64,000 bases of DNA from an uncultured Gammaproteobacteria bacterium (GTDB taxonomy: Bacteria > Pseudomonadota > Gammaproteobacteria > Chromatiales > Chromatiaceae). Every line of letters begins with the position of its first letter. The first letter of the stretch is position 1. The notes beneath the pieces are model-generated. The model made no database searches. It was not told the origin of the DNA and saw only the letters and a list, made by a program, of their open reading frames with translations. Location of the stretch: positions 1,418-65,417 of the forward strand of contig CAVWCW010000029.1 of the NCBI GenBank assembly GCA_963753615.1. The letters are read 5' to 3'. Below are positions 1 to 10,215 of this stretch, one piece after another. Made by a program: the position numbers and the translations under genes.

Positions 1-1
1 G

Positions 2-88
2 GCAGTGGATCGAGGTATGACCATCGATCAGGTGCGCCTGATGGAAAAAACAGGAGGCAAGTCCGGGCATTGGCTGCGGCAGGGGTAG
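2..88 (+). CDS. 3' end of an unidentified CDS entering from upstream (partial)
   Basis: The frame is open from the window edge (...VDRGMTIDQVRLMEKTGGKSGHWLRQG) and ends at TAG 86-88. It is too short to assign a family. Confidence 0.25.
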   Translation, partial: AVDRGMTIDQVRLMEKTGGKSGHWLRQG

Positions 89-158
89 AAAGTACCGACG
101 GTTCGAACGTGTCCCCGGTCTGGCGGGCTCGCGAGCAAGAATTCAACAAGAGACTCCT

Positions 159-416
159 ATGGCAAAATTTATCGAATGGTCCGGGGAACTGAGCGTCGGC
201 ATCGAGGAGATCGATGAACAGCACAAGGTGCTCGTGGATCTCGTCAACGAGATGCATGACGCAATTCACCGGCGTCGCGGCAGTGACGTCGTGAAGGATG
301 TGTTGTCCGAACTCGCTGAATATACGAAGATCCATTTCGCGGTGGAGAGCTGGATCCTTCCGCTGAGTTCATTTGTAGGTATTGCTGTCACAGCGAATGT
401 TGAAGAACAGCCCTAG
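159..416 (+). pseudogene. Bacteriohemerythrin, 3'-truncated (only the first ~62 codons look hemerythrin-like)
   Basis: MAKFIEWSGELSVGIEEIDEQHKVLVDLVNEMHDAIHRRRGS...EYTKIHFAVE is a typical hemerythrin N-terminus with the first His/Glu ligand motifs. After about nt 345 the frame reads unrelated sequence ([22 protein letters not shown]) and stops. Full-length family members are about 130-150 aa. Confidence 0.7.
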
Positions 417-1699
417 GTCCGGCGGTTTCGGGTCTGCCTGGCACGTTGCAGCATGGGCCCTGGTGTGCCTGCTGGTTTCCGCATGTGACCAGCAACAAGA
501 CGCATCCCATGGCGGCAACGCCCCCGCGAACCAGGCAGAGTCCGCGCTCGAACACGCCCGCAAGCACCTGGACCCCAAGTACGTCTGCCCGATGCACCCG
601 AAAATCGTGCGCGACCAGCCGGCGTCCTGCCCGATCTGCGGCATGGACCTGGTGGCGAAGGTGCTGGACGAAGCCGCGGACGAGCGCCCGGCGGTGACCC
701 TGAGCGCGGCGGTGGCGCAGAACATGGGGCTGCGCACCGCGAGGATCGAGCGCGGCACCCTGTGGAAGTACATCAAGACCCAGGGCACGGTGGCCTACGA
801 CGACGACCGCGTCATCCAGGTGCACCCCCGCACCGCGGGCTGGATCGAGAACCTGTACGTGCGCACCGACGGCGTTCGGGTCGAGCGCAAGGACGACCTG
901 GCGGACTACTTCTCCCCCGAGGTCCTCTGGGCGCAGCAGGATTACATCGATACCCTCGAGGAAGGCGAGGTCGATTCCTTCGGCGGCGGTGACGACAGCG
1001 AGGATTTGTTCCGGGCCTTCCGGCAGCGCGCGGGCGTGGACATGCTGCGCTACTACAAGGTGCCGGGCATGGACGTCATGGGCATCGAGAAGAGCATGAC
1101 GCCCAAGTCCATCGTGCCGATCAGGGCGCCCCAGGGCGGGGTCATTACCGAACACCGGGTGCGCGAGGGCATGTACGTGACCCCGGCGGATGCCATGTTC
1201 ACCATCGTCGACCTGAGCGAGGTCTGGGTGATGGTGGACGTCTTCGAGCACCAGATCGCCTGGCTGCGGCCCGGACTCACGCGCGGAGATCACCACCCCC
1301 GCCTATCCGGGACGCGTCTGGGAAGGGCAGGTCGAGTTCGTCTACCCGGAGGTGCATCCCCAGGCCCGCACCCTCAGGGCCCGCCTCGAGTTCACCAACC
1401 AGGACGAATTGCTGATGCCCAATATGTTCGTCGAGGCGGTGATCTACGGCGGCCCGAAACGCGACGTCCTGATGGTGCCGCGCGAGGCACTGATCCTCAC
1501 CGGCGAGCGCGAAATGGTGGTCAAGGTCCTGGGCGACAACCGCTTCCAACCGGTAGAGGTGGAAACCGGGATGTGGCAGGGGTCCTCGGTGGAGGTGCGT
1601 TCCGGCCTCGCCGAGGGTGACGAGGTGGTGCTGTCCGGGCAGTTCCTGATCGATTCGGAGTCCAATCTGCAGGCCAGCTTCCGCCGCCTCACGGAGTAA
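397..1699 (+). pseudogene. cusB: CusB-like RND periplasmic adaptor with an N-terminal metal-binding CxxC motif; one frameshift near 1280
   Basis: Lipoprotein-like signal (LLVSAC). [24 protein letters not shown] is a heavy-metal-binding motif. The N-terminal part is in the frame of ORF 382-1620. The C-terminal part ([37 protein letters not shown]...LIDSESNLQASFRRLTE) is in the frame of ORF 1352-1699. The break could be a sequencing error. Confidence 0.8.
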
Positions 1700-1705
1700 G
1701 CCGGC

Positions 1706-4700
1706 ATGCCGACCCGTCTGATCCGCTGGTCCATCGAGAACCGCCTGCTGGTGGTGATCGCCACCCTGATCCTGGCGGGCTGGGGCTGGCTGTCGGTGAA
1801 ACAGATCCCGCTGGACGCGATCCCCGACCTGTCCGATGTGCAGGTGATCATCCGCACGGAGTTTGCCGGCCAGGCGCCGCAGGTGGTGGAACAGCAGGTC
1901 ACCTACCCCATCACCACCACCATGCTCGCCGTGCCCGGCGCCAGCGCGGTGCGGGGTTATTCGTTTTTCGGTGATTCCTACGTCTATGTGATCTTCGAGG
2001 ACGGCACCGACCTCTACTGGGCCCGTTCGCGGGTGCTGGAGTACCTGAACCAGGCCGCGGCGAACCTGCCCGCGGGCGTGCAACCCAGGCTGGGCCCGGA
2101 TGCCACCGGGGTCGGGCTGGATCTACAGCTATGCGCTGGTGGACCGCAGCGGCGGCCACGACCTGTCCGAGTTGCGCAGCATCCAGGACTGGTTTCTGAA
2201 ATACGAACTGCAGACGGTTCCCGGCGTGGCCGAGGTGGCGACCGTCGGCGGCATGGTGCGCCAGTACCAGGTGGTGGTGAACCCGGAGAAGCTGCGCGCT
2301 TTCGGCATTCCCCTGTCCGGCGTGACCGGGGCGATCCGCCGCGCCAACCGGGAGGTGGGCGGCTCGGTGATCGAGCTGGGCGAGGCGGAATACATGATCC
2401 GCACCCGCGGCTATCTGGGTTCCATCGAGGACATCGAGGCGGTGCCGCTGGCCGTGACCGCGGACGATATCCCGATCCTGCTGCGCGACGTCGCCCGGGT
2501 CCAGGTGGGCCCGGAGATGCGCCGGGTGGTCGCCGATCTCGACGGCGAAGGCGAGGTGACCGGCGGCATCGTGGTCATGCGCTACGGCGAGAACGCGCTG
2601 GATACCATCGCCGCGGTCAAGGCGCGCATGGAGGCGCTCAAGCAGGGGCTGCCCGAGGGCGTGGAGATCGTCGAGACCTACGACCGCTCGGGGCTGATCC
2701 AGCGCGCGGTGGACAACCTCTCCGACCGGCTGATCGAGGAGTTCATCGTCGTCGCCCTGGTCTGCCTGCTGTTCCTGTTCCACCTGCGCTCGGCCTTCGT
2801 CGCCATCGTCACCCTGCCGCTCGGCATACTGGCGGCCTTCCTGGTCATGCGCTACCAGGGCATCAACGCCAATATCATGTCCCTGGGCGGCATCGCCATC
2901 GCCATCGGCGCCATGGTGGATGCCGCCGTGGTGATGATCGAAAACGCCCACAAGCACCTGGAGCGGGCGGGCCCCGGGCTCAGCCGGGCAGCAACACTGG
3001 GCGGTGATCGCCAGGGCCTCCGAGGAGGTCGGGCCGGCGCTGTTCTACTCGCTGCTGATCATCACCCTGAGCTTCCTGCCGGTGTTTACGCTGGAGGCGC
3101 AGGAGGGCCGGCTGTTCGCGCCGCTGGCCTTCACCAAGACCTACGCCATGGCGGCGGCCGCGGGGCTGTCGGTGACCCTGGTGCCGGTGCTGATGGGCTA
3201 CTTCATCCGCGGCCGCATCCCGCGCGAGACGGCCAACCCCCTGAGCCGGTTTCTGATCTGGGCCTACCGGCCGCTGCTCAACCGCGTGCTGGCCGCCCCC
3301 GGGCCATCCTGGTCGTCGCCGTGCTGGCGGTGTTGAGTCTGTTGCTGCCGGTCTACGGCATCGGCGGCGTGCTGGAGCCGGTGCGGTGGCCGTTGCTGCT
3401 GCTGCGCACGGCGGCGCCGCGAGACGGCGGGCCCGCGGTGAATCGGGTCGAGCGCTGGCAGGAGCAGCTGGCTGACGGCTGGCAACAGGGCTTTGCCGGC
3501 ATGCCCGGGCTGGCGCGGTTGGGCCAGGGGCTGGGCTCGGAGTTCATGCCCGAGCTGTTCGAGGGTGATCTGATGTACATGCCGACGACACTGCCCGGGC
3601 TTTCCATCGGCAAGGCGCAGGCGCTGTTGCAGCAGACCGATCGCCTGATCAGGCAGCTCCCGGAAGTGGAACGGGTGTTCGGCAAGATCGGCCGCGCCGA
3701 TACCGCCACCGATCCGGCACCGCTGACCATGATCGAGACCATGATCCAGCTCAAGCCGCGGGACCAGTGGCGCCCCGGCATGACCGTGGAAGGGCTGATC
3801 GACGAACTCGATGCCACGGTCCAGTTTCCGGGCCTGACCAATGCCTGGATCATGCCCATCAAGACCCGCATCGACATGCTCGCCACCGGCATCAAGACCC
3901 CGGTCGGCATCAAGGTGGCCGGGCCCGATCTGGAGAAGATCGAAGCCATCGGCCGCGACATCGAGCGGGTATTGCAGGGGCTTCCGGGTACGCTTTCCGC
4001 CTACTCCGAGCGCGTCGGCGCCGGCCGCTATATCGAGATCGTCCCCAAGCGGCAGGCAGCGGCCCGCCTGGGTCTGAACATCGAGGACATCAACCAGGTC
4101 GTCAGCGCCGCCGTCGGCGGCATCAATATCACCGAGACCGTGGAGGGGCTGGAGCGTTACCCGGTCAATGTGCGCTTTCCGCGCGAGCAGCGCGACGATC
4201 CGGCCAAGCTGCGCGAACTGCCGCTGGTGACCCCGAGCGGGGCCCAGATACCGTTGTCGCAGGTGGCCGAGGTCAAGGTGGTGGAGGGCCCGCCCATGCT
4301 GAAGAGCGAGAACGCGCGCCTCAACGGCTGGACCTTCGTCGACATCCGCGGCGTGGACCTGGGCAGCTACGTGCGCCAGGCACAGCAGGCGGTCAGCGAC
4401 CGAGGTCGAACTGCCCCCGGGCTATTCCATCAGCTTGTCCGGGCAGTACGAGTACCTGCTGCGCGCCCAGCAGCGGCTCGCCCAGGTGGTGCCGCTGACC
4501 CTGATTATTATCTTCGGCCTGCTGTATCTGAGCTTTCGGCGGGTCGGGGAGGCCCTGCTGGTGATGCTGTCCTTGCCGTTCGCCCTGGTGGGCGGTTTCT
4601 GGTTCATCTGGCTGCTGGGTTACGAGCTGTCGGTGGCGGTCGCGGTCGGGTTTATCGCCCTGGCGGGCGTGGCCGCCGAGTTCGGTGTGGTCATGCTGAT

Positions 4701-4992
4701 CTACCTGGACAATGCCCTCAATCGTTATCGCGACGAACAGCGCCTGAACACCGAGACCGATCTCCGCTCGGCCATCGTCGAGGGCGCGGTGCTGCGGGTG
4801 CGCCCCAAGGCCATGACCGTGGCGGTGATCATCGCCGGCCTGCTGCCGATCATGCTGAGCGCAGGCACCGGATCGGAGGTCATGCGCCGCATCGCGGCGC
4901 CCATGGTCGGCGGCATGATCACCGCCCCCCTGCTCTCCCTGTTCGTAGTGCCCGCGATCTACCTGCTGTGGAAACGCCGGCGCTTGAGCTGA
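1706..4992 (+). pseudogene. cusA: CusA/CzcA-family heavy-metal RND efflux permease, interrupted by about four frameshifts
   Basis: Four ORF pieces are collinear with CusA. 1706-~2113: [17 protein letters not shown]...LGPDATGVG. 2100 frame: [31 protein letters not shown]...ENAHKHLE. 3004-3300: [34 protein letters not shown]. 2100 frame again, then 4435-4992: [13 protein letters not shown]...[15 protein letters not shown]. Shifts lie near 2114-2116 (GGG run), 2965-2990, 3296-3300 (C run) and ~4400. Confidence 0.9.
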
Positions 4993-5024
4993 GCAGGCGA
5001 ACGGGTCCCCGGCGAGCGTCGTAC

Positions 5025-5940
5025 CTATTTGCCCTTGGTCTCGGACTCCACCAGCTTGTAGGCACTCGGAATCCGCAGATAACCGGCGGCAAGCGGCTTG
5101 GTGGAGACGGAAGTCAACTCCAGTATCCGGTCGTCTCGCAGGTCCCGGCTTTGCACCGAAACGAACTCTTCGTCCTCGGTGCCGACGCCGAGCCAGCCGA
5201 ACTCCATGTTCCGAGCCATGCCGAACAGCCGCGACAGGGTAATCAGTTCCCGGTCGGTGATGCGAAGCCGCGCGCTGTTGGCCATGCAGTGCTCGATCGA
5301 CCGGTTTGCCGTCGAGCAGTTCGTGCACGACGCGGCATTCGATCCCCGCGACACTGCGCGTCTTCTTAGTCGGCTTGAGTATTGCCGCCTCCGTTCGCCG
5401 CGCCGATCTGGGTGGCGGAACATCCGATGCCTCACCGTCGGTCGGTTCAGCTTGGGGCGCTGCCGAATCTGCGCCATCCCGATCCGGTTGGTTTACGGTG
5501 TTGGGCAACGGGGTTTCAGGCGCGATCTCGGCCCTGTCGTCGGCCTTGGCCTGGGTTTCGGACTCCGTCGGAAGCGTATCTTTATCCTCCTTTTCGGGCT
5601 CGGCTCGAACCTCGTTCTTCGCGACGCCTGCCTCGACCACCTGCTCGGAACCCGATACCGGACCCAACCGAGGCGTCACGGCCGGCGTCAACTGTGTGTA
5701 GGTCTGATTAGCCTGGTCCACCGCATACACGGGGAAAAACTTCCCGGCCTGGAACAGCAGATAACGGTCTGCCTCAGCCGGATCGTCGATCCTGGCGAAA
5801 AATCGCGCGAGGGAAAATTGCTTCACCGCTTGCTCCGTATTGGGTCCCCCCAACTCGAAGGTGAGGGTGGCGTCGGCGTAGGTCGCCGAGGCCCCGCAAA
5901 CGGCCAGCGCCAGAGCACACAGACTCAGTCTCTTCGACAT
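5025..5940 (-). pseudogene. Secreted hypothetical protein (signal peptide, acidic/Pro-rich linker); frameshift near 5300
   Basis: MSKRLSLCALALAVCGASATYA is a signal peptide (ATG at 5940). The N-terminal part is in the frame of ORF 4393-6027, up to ...VAGIECRVVHELLDGKPV. The C-terminal part (IEHCMANSARLRITDRELITLSRLFGMARNMEFGWLGVG...YKLVESETKGK) is in the frame of ORF 5025-5477. Confidence 0.55.
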
Positions 5941-6133
5941 CACGGATTTCCCCCTAGTCGGCGAGGCTGTCCCACAAAAGCGCGATTGGATCGATAAGTT
6001 CTTCACGGAAGACTCCTGTTTCGCCATCTATTGTTTTAAAGACTTTATGAAGCGAAACCCCATCATAACAGAGCGATGCTCAGGGCAAGAAACCCGCCGC
6101 GGGCAAGACTGGGGAAAACGCTGATCGATGGCC

Positions 6134-7312
6134 CTAGCCGCCGCAAAACCTCAAGCATTTCGTCGCCGCCATCGGCCTTCCCAGCCAAAAGCCTTGGCCA
6201 AGGTCGCAGCCCAAGTCGACGAGCGCGTTCCAAGCGGCCTCCGTCTCGATGCCCTCCGCAACCACCGTCATGTCCAACTCGTGGGCCAGCATAATGGACA
6301 GGCGGGCGATGGTCTGGCAGGTCGGGTCTTTGTCGATGTGCTTGACGAAGGACCGGTCGATCTTGAGCTCGGTGAAGGGAATACGCGCGAGTTTCTCCAA
6401 AGACGAGTAGCCGGTGCCGAAGTCGTCGATCGACAACCGAAATCCCTTCATGCGAAAGCGGGTGAGAATATCCAGCGATTTGCCAAGGTCCTCCATGACG
6501 TGGCTCTCGGTAATTTCCAGGGACAGGAATCCCGGATCCAGATTCTGTGCCCTCACCAGTGCCGCCAGGCGGTCCGGAAACGCCAGGTCCTTGAGGGTTC
6601 CCGGGGAAAAGTTGACGGATACCCGGATCGGCATACCTGCATCATGCCATGCCCGGCACTGGGTTATCGCCTGTCGGAGCACCAGGTCGTCGATGTCGTC
6701 GATGGTGCACGTGCTCTCCGCCAGTGGGATAAAGCGATCCGGGAGAACCAAGCCTCGCTCCGGACTCTGCCAGCGGACCAAGGCCTCGGCGGCCACGATG
6801 CGGCGGCTGTCCATCTCGAATTGCGGCTGAAAATGAGCGATAAACTGACGGCTCGACAGGGCATTCAGCAGATCATGCAAGCTTACCGGAGACTGCGCGT
6901 CGAGCTCAGGTAACTGGGACACTCTGGAGCTCCCCGACGACAGGGTCGCCAAGAGCCTCTCCAATTCCGTCTTTCGGAAGGGTTTGTTGAGTGAACCCAG
7001 AACCTGCAATCCGAGCTCGGTGGCCAGCTCATGAGCGGAATGCAGGACGTTTCGATCTACGCCGCTCACCAGAATCAGCGGCGCCTCGAACTCCTTCTCC
7101 CGCAAAAAGCGGATCAACTCGATGCCGTCGACGTCCGGCATGAACAGGTCCAGGACAAGCACATCGATACTGTGGTCCAGCGACGCCATGAACTCCTTGG
7201 AGTGTTGGACGCAGGATGCGTCGAAGCCCGCCCCCTCGGCCACGGCGCAGACGAATTCGCCCATGTCGGGTTCATCATCGATGATCATCAGCCTGCGCTT
7301 GCGCCTGCTCAT
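6134..7312 (-). CDS. Response regulator receiver + EAL domain c-di-GMP phosphodiesterase
   Basis: REC domain: MIIDDEPDMGEF...VLVLDLFMPDVDGIELI. EAL domain: FQPQFEMDSRRIVAAEALVRW, EITES, DDFGTGYSSL, LKIDRSFV. The start ATG overlaps the upstream kinase stop (ATGA). Confidence 0.9.
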   Translation of the reverse strand: MSRRKRRLMIIDDEPDMGEFVCAVAEGAGFDASCVQHSKEFMASLDHSIDVLVLDLFMPDVDGIELIRFLREKEFEAPLILVSGVDRNVLHSAHELATELGLQVLGSLNKPFRKTELERLLATLSSGSSRVSQLPELDAQSPVSLHDLLNALSSRQFIAHFQPQFEMDSRRIVAAEALVRWQSPERGLVLPDRFIPLAESTCTIDDIDDLVLRQAITQCRAWHDAGMPIRVSVNFSPGTLKDLAFPDRLAALVRAQNLDPGFLSLEITESHVMEDLGKSLDILTRFRMKGFRLSIDDFGTGYSSLEKLARIPFTELKIDRSFVKHIDKDPTCQTIARLSIMLAHELDMTVVAEGIETEAAWNALVDLGCDLGQGFWLGRPMAATKCLRFCGG

Positions 7313-10215
7313 ACTCCAGCTTCCTTATCCAATGCGTTGCGAATCCTTGCCGCCAGCTCGGCGATGCGGTAGGGCTTCGGCACCAAGTTCTGACGATAGC
7401 GCACAAATGCGGAATTGTCCGCACGCTGGGAATATCCCGAAGCCAGCAACACCTTCAGGCCCGGGAACTTCCGAGTGGCCGTTTCGGCGAGGGAAAGGCC
7501 ATCCATTTTCCCTGGCATCACCAGGTCGGTAAACAGTAGTTCCACCGTCGGATGCGCCGCCAGGATTTCCATAGCCTGCTGCGCATCGCCCGCCGTCAAC
7601 ACGCGATAGCCAAGCCGGCTCAGGCCGGTCTTGGCCAGCATGGCCAGATCTTCTTCGTCGTCCACCACCAGGATGGTCTCGCTGCCGCCCGGCGCTTCCG
7701 CCAGTGATTCCGCGGTGTCGTCGGGCTTGGTGGCGGCGGCTGCGGAACGCGGGAGATACAGCCGTACGAGGGTTCCCCGCCCCGGCTCGGACTCGACCAA
7801 AACATCGCCCCTGGCCCGCTTGACGAAACCGTAAACCATGCTGAGACCCAAGCCGGTGCCTTTTCCCGGGGGTTTGGTGGTAAAGAAAGGCTCGAAGATA
7901 TGTTCACGCTGATCGGGGTCTATACCCACCCCGGTGTCGCTTACGGTGATCGTCACATACTCCCCGGGGGCTACTCCCTTGTGATTGGATCCGCTTGCCC
8001 CGTCCAATATCAGGTTCGCGGTTTCCAGGGTCAGGACGCCCTCCCCCGCCATGGCATCCCGAGCGTTGATGGCGAGATTGACCAGGGCATTTTCCAGCTC
8101 ATCGGGGTTGATCTCGGTCAGCCAGAGCGCATCGGCCAGCTTCGTCTCGACCTCGACCGCTGCGGTCAGGACGCGCTGCAGCATGTCGCTCATGCTCTTA
8201 ATAGCCCGGTTGACGTCGACCGGGCTGGCCTCCGTCACCGAGCGGCGGGAGAACGCCAGCAGCCGCTGGGTCAGGTCCGCGCCGCGCAGGCCGGCCCGAA
8301 GGGCCCCGTCGACCCGGCGCCGAAGGAGCCCGTCGGATTCCAGTTCATCGCCGATAAGCTCGAGATTACCAATGATGATGCCCAGGAGATTGTTGAAGTC
8401 GTGAGCGATACCGCCCGTCAGCTGTCCGATGGCCTCCATTTTATGAGATTGCCGCAGGGCCTCTTCGGTACGCAGGCGTTCGGTTACATCCGTGGCAATG
8501 CCGCACACGCCCCTGCTGGCCCCTTCCCGGTCGAGCAGCGGAAACTTGATTGACATATACTGATGCTCGCCGTCCGCCTGGAGAGCCCTTTCTTCGAATG
8601 CCCGCGGCACCCCCACCTGCAGGACTTCGCGGTCGTTGGCCGCGAAAGCGTCGGCGAGTTCCCGCGGAAACAGGTCGTAATCGGTCTTGCCCGACAGATC
8701 TTCGTTACTGGGGTTGAATAATTCCTGGAAGCGCCGATTGACCAGTCGGTACCGACCGTCCGAATCCTTGAAGAAGATTACGGCGGGGGAATAATCCATA
8801 AAGGACTGCAGCAACGCCTGGCTCTCGTGCAGGGCCTTCTCCGCCTGCTTGCGCCGCGAGATATCGAAAAAGGTTACCACCGCACCCACCGTTCGGCCTT
8901 CCCGTTGGATCGGTGAGGACCAGAATTCGACGGGGAAGCCCGTGCCGTCGCGGCGCCAGAACCATGCTTCCTCGGCGTGAACCTGGATTCCCTGCCGGTA
9001 TGCCCTACAAGCCGCGCATTCGCGATCCGCAATGGGACTGCCATCGGCATCGGTATGGTGCATCAGGGAATGCATGTGCAACCCCAGCAACTCCCGGGCG
9101 GATGCGAACCCCAGCATGCGGGCACAGGCCGCATTGGCGAAGGTGCAGCTGCCGTCGAGATCGAGACCGTAGATAGCCTCGGCGGTCGATGCCAGCAGGT
9201 TGCTGATATGGGCCTTGCTCTCCTTCAGGTCGATGGCCACGGCTTTGAGAAACATGCCGAGATCACCCAGTTCATCGTTCGAGGTGCGCCCCGAGGGGTA
9301 GTCGTAATCCCCTGCCTGGATGGCGCGCATCGCGTCTTCCTGGTGGGAAAGGAATCGCTTGAAATAGCGGTTGGCCAGACGCCATAGCAGGAAGGTAAGC
9401 ACCACCGACACCGCGACGAGCGCATAGATCTTCCAGATCAAATCCTGACGGATACGAATCAAACCTTCCGTCAAGGTGGCGACCGTCGCGGCGGTCACCT
9501 CGAAAAGCCGCGCCGACGTCTTGTCCAGAAAATCGTCCCGGTCTCTCATGCCCAGGAAGTTCAAGTAATTGGTTTCTGCATTGCTGATGTATTCGTTCAC
9601 ATACCGGGTCAATTTCTGGTTCTCGGCAATACGCGCGATACGCTCGGCCAATTCCTTCATCTCTGGAATTCGGGACAGCTCGCGATTGCGGTAGGTATAG
9701 CCGCGAAGGATCAGCAGGCGGCTGAAGAGTTCGCGTAAATCGCTTTGGCGGTGGGGGGGTTCATTCGCAATCTGGTCGTAGATGCGCTTTGATTCTGCCG
9801 GCATCGCACTGCTGAATTCATCATCGGCCCGGCTGCGCGCCCGAAGCTCCCGAACGGCGTTGCGGTAATAACCCAGGCTGGCTTCCAGGGTACTCAAGCG
9901 TTGCGCCAAGGCCGGGTCGATTTCCGCATTCTCGCGGGAAATCTCGCGGGCCAGACCCTGGGCTCGGTCAATCTTCTCCTCCAACGCCAGATCGTCGGCA
10001 CCGATTGCCAACCACTCCCCTAGATTCCGCGGTACGTGGTGAGAATCCTCCAGATCGGCGACGAGAAAACGGAAGTCATTGACACGGTTTATTCGCTGAC
10101 TGGCCCCCTCCAGCTTTTCGAGGCTGAAATAGACCATCGCCGCCACTATGAACGACATGGCGGTAAGAACGAAAAAGAACCCGAATACCTTTCGGGACAG
10201 CGTCAACCGAATCAA
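7309..10215 (-). CDS. Hybrid sensor histidine kinase (TM/HAMP-like, two PAS, HisKA, HATPase_c, C-terminal receiver)
   Basis: H-box GGIAHDFNNLLGII; ATPase motifs DTGVGI and GKGTGLGLSMVYG; C-terminal REC ILVVDDEEDL...LFTDLVMPGKMDG. PAS-like blocks lie in the middle. The start is a TTG that overlaps the SBP gene stop, so the start is somewhat uncertain. Confidence 0.9.
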   Translation of the reverse strand: MIRLTLSRKVFGFFFVLTAMSFIVAAMVYFSLEKLEGASQRINRVNDFRFLVADLEDSHHVPRNLGEWLAIGADDLALEEKIDRAQGLAREISRENAEIDPALAQRLSTLEASLGYYRNAVRELRARSRADDEFSSAMPAESKRIYDQIANEPPHRQSDLRELFSRLLILRGYTYRNRELSRIPEMKELAERIARIAENQKLTRYVNEYISNAETNYLNFLGMRDRDDFLDKTSARLFEVTAATVATLTEGLIRIRQDLIWKIYALVAVSVVLTFLLWRLANRYFKRFLSHQEDAMRAIQAGDYDYPSGRTSNDELGDLGMFLKAVAIDLKESKAHISNLLASTAEAIYGLDLDGSCTFANAACARMLGFASARELLGLHMHSLMHHTDADGSPIADRECAACRAYRQGIQVHAEEAWFWRRDGTGFPVEFWSSPIQREGRTVGAVVTFFDISRRKQAEKALHESQALLQSFMDYSPAVIFFKDSDGRYRLVNRRFQELFNPSNEDLSGKTDYDLFPRELADAFAANDREVLQVGVPRAFEERALQADGEHQYMSIKFPLLDREGASRGVCGIATDVTERLRTEEALRQSHKMEAIGQLTGGIAHDFNNLLGIIIGNLELIGDELESDGLLRRRVDGALRAGLRGADLTQRLLAFSRRSVTEASPVDVNRAIKSMSDMLQRVLTAAVEVETKLADALWLTEINPDELENALVNLAINARDAMAGEGVLTLETANLILDGASGSNHKGVAPGEYVTITVSDTGVGIDPDQREHIFEPFFTTKPPGKGTGLGLSMVYGFVKRARGDVLVESEPGRGTLVRLYLPRSAAAATKPDDTAESLAEAPGGSETILVVDDEEDLAMLAKTGLSRLGYRVLTAGDAQQAMEILAAHPTVELLFTDLVMPGKMDGLSLAETATRKFPGLKVLLASGYSQRADNSAFVRYRQNLVPKPYRIAELAARIRNALDKEAGV

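Noticed and set aside
92-112. GGTTCGAAC T-loop-like sequence, considered as a tRNA fragment
   Set aside because: The flanking bases do not form a T-arm stem, and no acceptor or anticodon arms can be drawn. No tRNA was found here or elsewhere in the window.
436-455. Sigma-54-like TGGCAC..TTGC/GCA motif (TGGCACGTTGCAGCA)
   Set aside because: The GG-to-GC spacing is wrong for a -24/-12 promoter, and the motif lies inside the cusB coding region.
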